From Pristiophorus japonicus (taxonomy: Eukaryota), in assembly GCF_044704955.1 (NCBI RefSeq), contig NC_091978.1:375162001-375226000 (forward strand): a DNA stretch of 64,000 nt, given 5' to 3'. Every line of letters starts with the position of its first letter. The first letter of the stretch is position 1. The notes beneath the pieces were generated by a model. It had not been told where the DNA came from, did not search any database, and saw only the letters and a program-made list of their open reading frames with translations. A program made the position numbers and the translations under genes. Shown in pieces: positions 47,222-58,934 of this stretch.

Positions 47222-48759
47222 AAATCACTGTACACCTTTCTATTTTATCATTTGCTCCAAGAGTCACATTGTATATTTCTAATTTAGTGACTGCTGGGAC
47301 TGAAGGACCCTTCATGTCTGATCCAGTAGTTGGATTTACAGCCTGAAATCTGTGCACACCTGTTCAACTCAGAAATACAGAGAACTGCAGGTTATTATAG
47401 TCACTGTACTCAAGCAAAACATACTCGCCTTCAATTGAGAATAGTGAAATATTTTGGTTTAAGCAGAGGAACATTATAATCTTACAGAATTATTGAAGGA
47501 AGGTAATGCATTTAATCTACGTTTTATCGCTGATGAGTCCACATCTAATATATGACCCAGAGTATACTGCTCTGTTCATAGGTGCAATGCTGGAACTGAA
47601 GATTTTCCATGTTTTTTTTACTATAAGGTACTAACATTGGGTTATCATTATTGTCTTTGGGATGGGCGTGGGGGGGGGCAGAACTTTCACCCCGACTAGT
47701 CTTTGGGTCCTGGGGTCATTTGGATATTGGAGGTGGGAACCTTGGCCACTGTCGGCAAATCCTGCTGAACTGGGGGCCTGCCATAGTGTAGGGGTGAAGG
47801 TTGGGCCGCACACTGCTCCTCGATACGAGGGGCCACCGATGATAATGATGATGATGAGGGGTTAAGGCAGCCTCTTTGGGCTGTGCAGACTATCACTGAG
47901 TAACTGTAAGGCAGTGAAGCCCTAAAGAAATTCATGCATCTCCCTGCTTCTGCCCTTGGTAAACCAGAGATCCGAGATTGACAGACGTTCAGCCTGGCAG
48001 TGACACAGGGTGGGGAGAGATGTTGGAGACATAGTTTCCCCATTTGCATTCACTTTCCATATGTAGATGGCACAGTGTCCATCGCTGGGAAGCAGGAAAT
48101 GGGGAGATGCCGAGAAAGCCTAGCAATTTTACATTCTACCTGCCCCAAATCCACTGGGCAGGCAAAGGAATCCAGGCCACTCTCTATTCAAAACGGACTT
48201 TGCAAATCAGGGGCCGATTACTAAAACTTTATCTGTGGTTTAAGTAAAATATTAAAGATGCTTTTGTGTGGCTTTATGCAGTTTTATTTCCTTTGCTTTT
48301 CTCCTTTAAGATTGTCCCTAAATTTGAATTGTTGCCCTTGTTGAGAACAATGAATAGTCCAATTATCAGGCATCGTATTAGATTCTATTAATATTCCATG
48401 GTCAGGTTATCGAGTACAAACCCCTCCCAGAATCGTTTAAACTACTAGCATGAGGTGACAGTCAAAAACTCCTAATCTAGATTAGTCCAAGATAATTGTC
48501 TCTGTCCTTGCAAAATTTCTTCCAGATAGTGGGGGAAATCACGGTCCAAAAATCCTGGAACCAGGTTGTTCTGAGCGATATAGCTAGCCCTGGTGCTGCA
48601 GTGATGTAATGCAGTGAGAGTAAATGCTTTTTCTGTTCTCTGAGCAGCTGACAGATAAGCAGAGAAGTAGATTCCTTTTGCAGACAACAGGGATTCTTTT
48701 ACGAAGTGGTATAAATATTTGATTATATTTAAGGTGAGCTATGGGAACTTTTGTCAATG

Positions 48760-50740
48760 ACCTTAAATCTGTGTCCACTGGTTACTGACCCTTCTGCTGC
48801 TGGAAACGATTTCTCCTTATTTAGTCGTGTCAAAACCATCGATGATTTTGACACATCAATCAAATCTTCCCTTAACCTCTTCTAAGGAGAACAACCCCAG
48901 TTTCTCCACATAACTGAAGTCTTTCATCCCTGGTACTCATCTCGTCTCTTCTGCACCCTCTCTAAAGCCTTCACATCCTTCCTAAAGTGTGGTGCCCAGA
49001 ATTGGACACAGTACTCCAGCCTAACCGGTGTTTTATGGAGGTTTAGCACAACTTCCTTGCTTTGGTACTCTGTTCTATTTATAAAGCCAAGGATTCTGTG
49101 TGTCTTTTTTTAAACAGCCTTCTCAACCTGTCCTGGCACCTTCACAGACTTGTGTACTTACACCCCCAAGTCTCTCTGTTTCTGCACCCCCTTTAAAATT
49201 GTACTATTTAGTTCATATTGCCTCCTCTCATTCTTGCTATCAAAATGAATCACTTCTATGTATTATATTTCATCTGCCATGTGTCTCTCCATTTCACCAG
49301 TCTGTCTATATCCTCCTAAAGTCTGTTATTATCCTCATTGTTTACTACATTTCCCATTTTCCTTTAACATAACATAAGAAATAGGAGCAGGAGTCGGCCA
49401 TTTGGCCCCTCGAGCCTGCTCCGCCATTCAATAAGATCATGGCTGATCTGATCATGGACTCAGCTCCACTTCCCCGCCCGCTCCCCATAACCTCTTATCG
49501 TTTAAGAAGCTGTCTATTTCTGTCTTAAATTTAGTCAATGTCCCAGCTTCCACAGCTCTGAGGCAGTGAATTCCACAGATCCACAACCCTCAGAGGAAAT
49601 TTCTCCTCATCTCATTTTTAAATGGGTGGCCCCTTATTTGAAGAATATACCTTCTAGTTCTATTCTCCCCTATCAGTGGAAATATCCTCTCTGCATCCAC
49701 CTTGTCAAACCCCCTCATAATCTTAAACGTTTCAATAAGATCATCTCTCATTCTTCTGAATTCCAATGAGTAGAGGCCCAACCTACTCAACCTTTCCTCA
49801 TAAGTTAACCCCCTCTTCCCCGGAATCAGCCGAGTGAACCTTCTCTGAACTGTCTCCAAAGCAAGTATATCCTTTTGTAAATATAGAAAATTGCACGCAG
49901 TATTCCAGGTGTGGCCTCACCAATACCCTGTAAAACTGTAGCAAGACTTCCCTGCTTTTATACTCCATCCCCCTTGCAATAAAGGCCAAGATACCATTGG
50001 TTTTCCTGATCACTTGCTGTACCTGCATACTAACCATTTGTGTTTCATGCACAAGTACTCCCAGGTCCCGCTGTACTGCGGCACTTTGCAATCTTTCTCC
50101 ATTTAAATAATAACTTGCTCTTTGATTTTTTTCTGCCAAAGTGCATGACCTCACACTTTTCAACATAATACTCCATCTGCCAAATTTTTGCCCACTCACT
50201 TAGCCTGTCTGTCCTTTTGCAGATTTTTTGTGTCCTCACACATTGCTTTTTCTCCCATCTTTGTATCATCAGAAAACTTGGTTACGTTACATTCAGTCCC
50301 TTCTTCCAAGTCGTTAGTATTTCATCTGCAAACTTTGAAATGATTCCTATATACCCCAGTCCAGGTTGTTAATATATATGAAAAGAGCAGTGGTTCTAGT
50401 ACTGAGCCCTGGATAGCTTCACTCGACTTCCCTCCACCACTTCTCTCTGTTTTCCGTCTCTCAGCCAATGTTGTCCCCATGCTGCCCGTCCCTTCAATCC
50501 ATGGGCTGTAATTTTGTAACAAGTCTATTTATTGTGTGCTGTTTTATCAAACGCCTTTGCACTACCCAATTAACCCTCTCCGTTACTGCATCAAAGAAAC
50601 TCAATCAAGTTAGTCAAACGCGATACCTTCATTTATTAACCTTATTCCAAGTGCAAATGTATTTTGTCCCAGAATAATGTGCCTCAAGTTCCCACCACCG
50701 ACACTGGGCTAACTGGCTGTGGTTACCGGGATTATCCCTC
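48760..50740 (-). mobile_element. Old CR1 with a younger CR1 (about 49365-50320) nested inside
   Basis: Young tail aacataacataagaaatagg at 49366; old element resumes at tcatctgcaaactttg near 50322. Confidence 0.85.
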
Positions 50741-50928
50741 GCTGGTTACAGAGGGCAGTTGCTAGTTACCGTGGTCGGTTACTAGTTACTGGGGACTTTC
50801 TGGTTACTGGGGACAGTTATCGAGAGCGGTTGCTAGTTACCGAGGGCAGTTTATAGTTACCGAGGGCCATTACTAGTTACCAAAGGCGATTTGGAGTTTC
50901 TGGTTACCAAGAGCCGTTGCTAGTTCCC
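50741..50928. promoter_or_regulatory. Degenerate ~20-bp tandem array (GTTGCTAGTTACCGAGGGCA-like) with RFX X-box-like half sites; probable THEGL promoter region
   Basis: About 8-9 units containing GTTRCT/GTTACC, followed by a CpG-rich stretch, an ATG (50949) and a CAG|gtaccg donor (50970). Confidence 0.5.
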
Positions 50929-50977
50929 GGAGGCGGCGGGCGGACAGGATGTGGAGCAAAACCGGGACAGGTACCGG

Positions 50978-51692
50978 ACCCCCCCCCCCACCCCAGTCTC
51001 TCTCTCTCTCTTCCCCCCCACCCCCCAGTCCCTCTCTCTCTCTCTTCCCCCCCCCCAGTCTCTCTCCTTCCCCCCAGTCTCTCACTCCCCCTCCGCCCAG
51101 TCTCTCTCTCCCCCTCCCCCTAGTCTCTCTACCTCCCCCAGTCTCTCTCTCCCCACCCCAGTCTCTCTCTCTCCCCGCCCCCCCCAGTCTCTCTCTCCCC
51201 CTCCCCCCAATCTCTCTCTCCCCACCCCCCAGTCTCTCTCTCCCCCTCCCCCCAATCTCTCTCTCCCCACCCCAGTCTCTCTCCCTCTCCTTTTCCCCCC
51301 CAGTCTCTCTCTCTCCCCACCCCAGTCTCTCTCTCTCCCTGCCCCCCCCCAGTCTCTCTCTCTCCCCACCCCAGTCTCTCTCTCTCTCTCCCTGCCCCCC
51401 CCCCAGTCTCTCTCTCTCTCCCCACCCCAGTCTCTCTCTCTCCCTGCCCCCCCCCAGTCTCTCTCTCTCCCCACCCCAGTCTCTCTATCTCTCCCTGCCC
51501 CCCCCAGTCTCTCTCTCTCTCTCCCCACCCCAGTCTCCCTCTCCCACTCCCCGCCCCCCCCCAAGTCTCTCTCTCTCTCCCCACCCCAGTTTCTCTCGCT
51601 CTCTCTCCCCGCCCCCCCCCCCCAAGTCTTTCTCTCTCTCCCCACCCCAGTCTCTCTCTCTCTCTCTCTTCCCCCACCCCCCAGTCTCTCCC
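50978..51692. repeat. CT-rich minisatellite (CCCCAGTCTCTCTCTCCCC)n
   Basis: Tandem units visible; overlapping ORFs are artefacts. Confidence 0.95.
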
Positions 51693-51897
51693 TGTTTTGT
51701 AAACGGCACAATTTTAATTTAGGAGAATTTGCAGGAACCTGCCGGCAATGTAATTGTGAGAAGGTGTTGGGAAGAATGTGCCTTTGCATTGCAACAAACA
51801 ATTTTGAAGTCACTTAATCCTGTGGTAAAAAATGTAAAATATGGCATTTCATTAATTAAAAGAAAAAACCTGCCGTGCCACTGAGGTGTAGAATATT

Positions 51898-52258
51898 TGG
51901 GGTACGGTAGCATAACGGTTATATTCCTGGACTAATGATCTAGAGACAGGATCCCACCATGGCATCTGGGGAATTTGAATTTAGTTAATTAAAATAAATC
52001 TGGAATATAAAAACTAGTAATGGTGACCATATTGGATTGTCGTGGTTCACTAATGTCCCTTTAGGGAAGGAAATCTGCCGCCCTTACCCGGTCTGACCGA
52101 TATGTGACTCCAGACCCACAGCGATGTGGTTGACTTAACTGCCCTCTGAAATGGCCCAGCGAGACACTCTGTTGCCAAGACGAATCAAGGGCTATTAGGG
52201 ATGGACAATATATACTGGCCTTGCCAGCAATGCCCACATTCCGTGAATGAATTAAAAC
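51898..52258 (+). mobile_element. SINE with a 3' tail shared with the LINE at 5315-5898
   Basis: tagggaaggaaatctgccg core; tail gggatggacaata..ccttgccagcaatgcccacat. Confidence 0.7.
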
Positions 52259-52387
52259 ATTTATAAGTTTTACATTTTACAAAATCGGGGGAGCAGAATA
52301 ATTCAGCTTGAAAGCAAAGGACTTATCCCAGACCCGTCTCCATGTCTGTAGCAATACTGCTCAGCTTAAACCACTTTATTGCTATGG

Positions 52388-52742
52388 CTCAAAAGGTGGA
52401 TGCAGAGAGAATATTTCCACTCATAGGGGAAACTAAAACTAGGGGACATAGTCTCAGAATAAGGGGCCGCCCATTTAAAACTGAGATGAGGAGGGATTTC
52501 TTCTCTGAGGGTTGTAAATCTGTGGAATTCTCTGCCCCAGAGAGCTGTGGGGGCTGGGTTATTGAATATATTTAAGGCGGAGATAGACAGGTTTTTGAGC
52601 GATAAGGGAGTAATGGGTCATGGGGAGTGGGCAGGGAAGTGGAGCTGAGTCCATGATCAGATCAGCCATGATCGTATTGAATGGCGGAGCAGGCTCGAGG
52701 GGCCGAATGGCCGACTCCGGCTCCTATTTCTGATGTCCTTAT
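52388..52742 (+). mobile_element. CR1 3' end
   Basis: [30 protein letters not shown] plus 3' UTR. Confidence 0.92.
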
Positions 52743-53314
52743 AATGGCTTCAAGAAATATGTTTGTAAAATGAACTAAGTATTGGATGTATTACGGCAAG
52801 TGTTTTAATTAAACATATATAATGTTATTAGTCTGCGTGTGAAAATTGTACATATCAGACAAATTAACCCTGGACGTTGGGAGGCACAAAAGATAACTTG
52901 ATAGTGGAAAATCCCACCCAGGGGTCTTAAAGTGTCTCTGTTTTTGTATAACAGCATTCCGTCCTGCGTCACATCCAAGCACAAGGTAAATAAACGGTTT
53001 TGTATTTTTCAAAATGTATAATAGCAGGGAGTTTAGGAATATGTTATGTACAAAATAGAACTTCGATACATTTTGTTGAAAAAGATTTTGAAATATTGCT
53101 CTGAATAATAAAATAAATAATAAAATACTGTGGACCTTCCACTCAGACCGGCAAAGCCCTTTGCTCATCTCAGTTTACATGGCAATCGGGGTGTTACAAA
53201 TGGCCCCACCGCCCTCGGCAGTGAGAAGGGAGACATCACCTAGGGTTCCAAATCCTGATCATCACCTAATGACCCTTGCTGAACAGTGCGTGAGTTCAGA
53301 CATGGAAAGAAAAG

Positions 53315-53700
53315 AACTAAAGACTTGCATTTATATGGCTCCTTTCACATCCTCAGGACAACCCAAAGCACTTTGCAGCCAATGAAGTACTTTTTGAAGT
53401 GTAGTCACTGTTGTAATGTAGGAAACACGGCAGCCAATTTGCACACAGCAAGCTCCCACAAATAGCAATGTGATAATGACCAGATAATCTGTTTTTTTGT
53501 GATACTGATTGAGGGATAAATATTGTCCAGGACACCGAAGATAACTCCCCTACAGACAGAGCCTTGGTTTAACATCTCATCCAAAAGACAGCCCCTCTGA
53601 CAGTGCAGCACTCCCTCAGTATTGCACTGGAGTGTCAGCCTAGATTTTTGTGCTCAAGTGTCTGGAGTGGACTTGAACCCACAACCTTCTGACTCAGAGG
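53315..53700 (-). mobile_element. Deu-domain SINE (SacSINE1-like)
   Basis: Reverse complement of 32880-33610 without the expansion. Confidence 0.8.
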
Positions 53701-54037
53701 TGCTCACAGAAATGCTACCAACTGCGCCACGGTTAGACAAGATCTGGTTAGGTAGGATCTTGCTCCAGTGCAGTATCCATCCTCTCAGACAAGCCTGCTC
53801 ACACTCACACATGAACAATGGGCACTGGGCTAAGGTACAGGAGGGCAGCCAGTGAGGTAGATTGTATCCAAGAATGAGTTAGCACGTTCACAAGAGGACT
53901 ATTTTCCTACTAGATTAATGCAGTGAAATTATAGTTTATCAGTGACGACTGACTGCACCTCACATGGACATGAGAAATAAGTTCTTTATCATGTAGATTT
54001 TAAATTAACAAAGAATTGCATTGACAATTTATATTAG

Positions 54038-54094
54038 CAGAATATTGGAACTAGCAAAGCCAAAACAATCAAAGGCTGTCTGGAGTAGCAGTGG
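54038..54094 (+). CDS. THEGL: THEG-like / sperm microtubule associated protein 2-like exon (RILELAKPKQSKAVWSSSG)
   Basis: tattag|C(AG) NAGNAG acceptor, GG|gtaagt donor; R-I-x-E-L-A-x-P-K THEG repeat motif; synteny SRP72-ARL9-THEGL. Confidence 0.8.
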
Positions 54095-55387
54095 GTAAGT
54101 ATTTTTGGATCTATATTTGTGTACACTCTCGGCAGAAGAAGGTATATTTTAGTCAGTAGAGGATAACAAGCTCTAGCAAATAACCCTTGATCAGAAAGAC
54201 TATTTTGCTGATCCCCATGAAGTATGATGTCTTTCTGTCCGGACTAAAGAAAATCCATATGTTACACAATTTGGCTAATTTTGTTTTCCCTGAATAGTCT
54301 TTTGTAATTCCAAAGCATTACAGAGGTATATTTATCTATAACTTCAACATGAAATTGCATATCAATCATAAATAAATTCAATATTTTATTGCCAAAAAAT
54401 TTAATTCATAACTCTAATAGTTTAGGCCAAGGAAAATCTTAAAGGGTAACAAAATAGAAAATGATGCGTGGTAGATAAAGAATGTCCCATGTGAAAATAA
54501 ATGGAACTTTATCTCCCAATAGTGTGCAGTTTGGAAATGTTCAGTGGTGATGTATTTTATTGGGGAGTACCATTACAACAGCTCAATTCAGCAAACCGCA
54601 GGTGTTGGGCTATTTTGTGGACTGAACACAAATGCAGTAAATCATGTGCTAAATGAAGTGGTTCCGAGACAGATTGGCTGAAATAACCCAGTAAGTTTCA
54701 ATAGTAAGTTTTATTATAAGGAAAAGTAGCTGTTAGTTTAGAAAGCAATATTTTGAGGTCTGTTCATTTTTCTTTTTCTGTGGAGGGAGGGAAAGAAGTG
54801 TTCTGCTCAGTAATAATGTAAACGAATAATTCACACACACTTCTGTCGTGGTGTAACTCTGTTATGTTGTACCATCCACTGCAAATACCTTGGAAATCAG
54901 GACTAAAGTGGCCAATGCTGTAAGTTCTGTTAATTAAAGCAAGACAAAGGTCAGTGAACAGAAAGCTCAGAAATAATAAATCTATTAGTAAACATATATA
55001 ACACTCCAAAAAATCCTCCAGATACTTGGATGATTAAAATACTATGTAAAATCATTAAAAAAATAAACGCTTTAAAGGTTTCAGAATGACAGATATTCTC
55101 CACCAAGTCACGCACCATCCTGACCCGGACATATATTGCTCCTTCATCCTTGCTGGATCAAAGCCCTGGAATTCCCTATCCCACACCATTATGGGACTGC
55201 AGCCATTCAAGGAGAATGTCAAACTCATTCTCAGGGCAGCTAAGGATGGACAATAAATTGAGCATCACCTCCAACTGACAACACATTTAAAAAATGTGAA
55301 ACTATTGCACGTGAGCCACCTGTGCCTTACTCTGAAATGTATTTTTGCCAAATGCCATTCAATACCATGCAATTTTACTTTGTCTCG

Positions 55388-56482
55388 TTATCATCATCAT
55401 CAGAGGCAGTCTCTCGGAGTCCAGGATGACTTGCTTCCACTCTAAAAGTGAGTTCTCGGGTGACTGAACAGTCCAATGCGGGAATTACAGTCTCTGTCAC
55501 AGTTGGGGCATACAGTGGTTGGAGGAAAGGGTGGCCAAGGAAAATGGGTTGATGCACGCTCCTTCCGCTGCCTGCGCTTGGTTTCTGCTTGTTCTCGGCG
55601 ATGGGACTCGAGGTGCTCAGCGCCCTCCCGGATACTCTTCCTCCACTTTGGGCGGTCTTGGGCCAGGAATTCCCAGGTGTCGGTGGGGATGTTGCACTTT
55701 GTCAAGGAGGCTTTGAGAGTGTCCTTGAAGAGTTTCCTCTGCCCACCCGTGGCCCGTTTGCCATGTCGAAGCTCCGCGTAGAGCGCTTGTTTTGGGAGTC
55801 TCGTGTCGGGCATGCGGACGATGGGTAATGCCCAGCGGAGCTGGTCAAGTGTGGTCAGTGCTTCGATGCTGGGGATGTTGGCCTGAGTGAGAACACTGAC
55901 GTTGGTGCGTCTGTCCTCCTAGTGGATTTGCAGGATCTTGCGGAGGCAGCGTTGGTGGTATTTCTCCAGCGCTTTGAGATGTCTGTTGTACATGGTCCAT
56001 GTCTCTGAGCCACACAGGAGGGCGGGTATCACTACTGCCCTGTAGACCATGAGCTTGGTGCCGTGTTTCAGGTCCTGGTCTTCAAACACTCTCTTCCTCA
56101 GACGGCCAAAGGCTGCGCTGGCGCACTGGAGGAAGTGTTGGACCTCGTCATCAATGTCTGCTCTTGCTGATGGTAGGCTCCCGAGGTATGGAAAATGGTG
56201 CACGTTGTCCAAGGCCTCGTCGTGGATTTTGATAATCGGGGGGGCAGTGCTGTGGCGGGATCAGGTTGGTAGAGGACCATTGTCTTACGGATGTTTAGTG
56301 TAAGGCCCATGTTCTCGTATGCCTCGGTGAAGGTGTTGATGATGGCTTGGAGTTCGGCCTCTGAGTGTGCGCAGATGCAAGCGTCGTCTGTGTACTGTAA
56401 TTCGATGAAAGTGGATGGAATGACCCTGGATCTGGCCTGCAGGTGGCGGAGGTTGAACAGATTCCCATCTGTTCTATAATTT
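55388..56482 (-). mobile_element. RTE LINE 3' half with (GAT)n tail
   Basis: ELQYTDD, FPYLGS, MPDTRLPKQALY, CPNCDRDC..HPRTH zinc finger. Confidence 0.93.
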
Positions 56483-56504
56483 GCCATAATTATAATATGC
56501 TATA

Positions 56505-56895
56505 ATTTGACGAAATGCCTAGAACTTGGTCTTGTCATTACCAACACCTTGTTTTGCCAGAAGAACAAGTACAAGACATCATGGCAGTACCTTTGCTCCA
56601 AGCACTGGCATGTGCTCGACTACACCATCGTCCGAGCGAGGGACCACAAGGACGTCTGCATCACCCGCGCCATGACAGGAGCCGACGACTGCTGGACTGA
56701 TCATCGGCAAATCCTCTCCGTCATTAACATCAATGTAGTCCCAAAACACTGATGGCAACAAAACAATGTCGTAGGAAAATCAACGCACAGGCACTCAGAG
56801 ACCATGTTCAGAAAGTTCTGTTCAGTCACTGCCTCACTGACAATCTGGCGACCTCGATAACCCAGAGATGCAGAGTGCCCACAGCGCCTGGTCTA
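56505..56895 (+). mobile_element. RTE LINE endonuclease-region fragment
   Basis: KHWHVLDYTIVRARD...CWTDH. Confidence 0.88.
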
Positions 56896-58806
56896 ACATA
56901 GAAACATAGAAAATAGGTGCAGGAGTAGGCCATTCGGCCCTTCGAGCCTGCACCACCATTCAATAAGATCATGGCTGATCATTCTCTCAGTACCCCTTTC
57001 CTGCTTTCTCTCCATTCCCCTTGATCCCTTTAGCCGTAAGGGCCATATCTAACTCCCTTTTGAATATACCCAATGAACTGGCATCAACAACTCTCTGCGG
57101 CATGGAATTCCACAGGTTAACAACTCTCTGAGTGAAGAAGTTTCTCCTCATAGTCCTAAATGGCTTACCCCTTATCCTTAGACTGTGTTCCCTGGTTCTG
57201 GACTTCCCCAACATCGGGAACATTGTTCCTGCATCTAACCTGTCCAGCCCGTCAGAATTTTATGTTTCTATGAGATCCCCTCACATCCTTCTATACTCCA
57301 GTGAATAAAGGCCCAGTTGATCCAGTCTCTCCTCATATGTCAGTCCAGCCATCCCGGGAATCAGTCTGGTGAACCTTCGCTGCACTCCCTCAATAGCAAG
57401 AACATCCTTCCTCAGATTAGGAGATCAAAACTGAACACAATATTCCAGGTGAGGCCTCACTAAGGCCCTGTACAACTGCAGTAAGACTTCCCTGCTCCTA
57501 TACTCAAAACCCCTAGCTATGAAGACCAACATACCATTTGCCTTCTTCACCACCTGCTGTACCTGCATGCCAACTTTCAATGACTGATGTACCATGACAC
57601 CCAGGTCTCATTGCACCTCCCCTTTTCCTAATCTGCCGCCATTCAGATAATATTCTGCCTTCGTATTTTTGCCCCCAAAGTGGATAGCCTCACATTATAC
57701 TGCATCTGCCATGCATTTGCCCACTCACCTAACCTGTCCAAGTCACCCTGCAGCCTCTTAGCGTCCTCCTCACAACTCACACCGCCACCCAGTTTAGTGT
57801 CATCTGCAAACTTGGAGATATTACACTCAATTCCTTCATCCAAATCATTAATGTATATTGTAAATAGCTGGGGTCCCAGCACTGAGCCCTGCAGCACCCC
57901 ACTAGTCACTGCCTGCCATTCTGAAAAAGACCCGTTTATCCTGACTCTCTGCTTCCTGTCTACCAACTAGTTCTCTATCCACGTCAGTACATTACCCCCA
58001 AAACCATGTGCTTTAATTTTGCACACCAATCTCTTGTGTGGGATCTTGTCAAAAGCCTTTTGAAAGTCCAAATACACCACATCCACTGGTTCTCCCTTGT
58101 CCACTCTAGTAGTTACATTCTCAAAAAATTCCAGAAGACTTGTCAAGTATGATTTCCCTTTCATAAATCCATGTTGACTTGGACCGATCCTGTCACTGCT
58201 TTCCAAATGCGCTATTATTTCATCTTTAATAATGGATTCCAACATTTTCCCCACTACTGATGTCAAGCTAACTGGTCTATAATTAACCATTTTCTCTCCC
58301 TTCTTTTTTAAAAAGTGGTGTTACATTAGCTACCCCCCAGTCCATAGGAACTGATCCAGAGTCGATAGACTGTTGGAAAATGATCACCAATGCATCCACT
58401 ATTTCTAGGGCCACCTCCTTAAGTACTCTGGGATGCAGACTATCAGGCCCCAGGGATTTATCGGCCTTCAATCCCATCAATTTCCCTAACACAATTTCCC
58501 GCCTAATAAGGATATCCTTCAGTTCCTCCTTCTCACTAGACCCTCGGTCCCCTGGTACTTATGGAAGGTTATTTGTGTCTTCCTTCGTGAAGACAGAACC
58601 AAAGTATTTGTTCAATTGATCTGCCATTTCTTTGTTCCCCATTATAAATTCACCTGAATCTGACTGCAAGGGACCTACGTTTGTCTTCACTAATCTTTTC
58701 CTCTTCACATATCTATAGAAGCTTTTGAAGTCAGTTTTTATGTTCCCGGCAAGCTTCCTTTCGTACTCTATTTTCCCCCTCCTAATTAAACCCTTAGTCC
58801 TCCTCT
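56896..58806 (-). mobile_element. 5'-truncated CR1 abutting the THEGL acceptor
   Basis: RT peptides; similarity to 39300-39310 ends at ...tcctcctct (58806). Confidence 0.95.
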
Positions 58807-58811
58807 TACAG

Positions 58812-58934
58812 ACAGAGACTGCACTGGGGAAAGCAGGAGCTAATATGGGCGGTGTCTTCCACTACTATCACTGAAAGACACAGTGAAAGGATTGAGAGTC
58901 TTGCACAACCCAAGAAGAATCATCAAGAGACGAT
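58812..58934 (+). CDS. THEGL: THEGL exon (QRLHWGKQELIWAVSSTTITERHSERIESLAQPKKNHQET)
   Basis: ttacag|A ... AT|gtatgg, phase 2-2, in frame with 54038-54094; aligns without gaps to recalled human RKLFWGNQDPIRPVS...KRLENLAQPK. Confidence 0.8.

Noticed and set aside
50949-51817. Long Pro/Ser/Leu ORFs
   Set aside because: CT minisatellite artefacts.
51723-51824. Candidate bridging THEGL exon
   Set aside because: Acceptor is plausible, but there is no strong phase-2 donor in an open frame and no THEG similarity.
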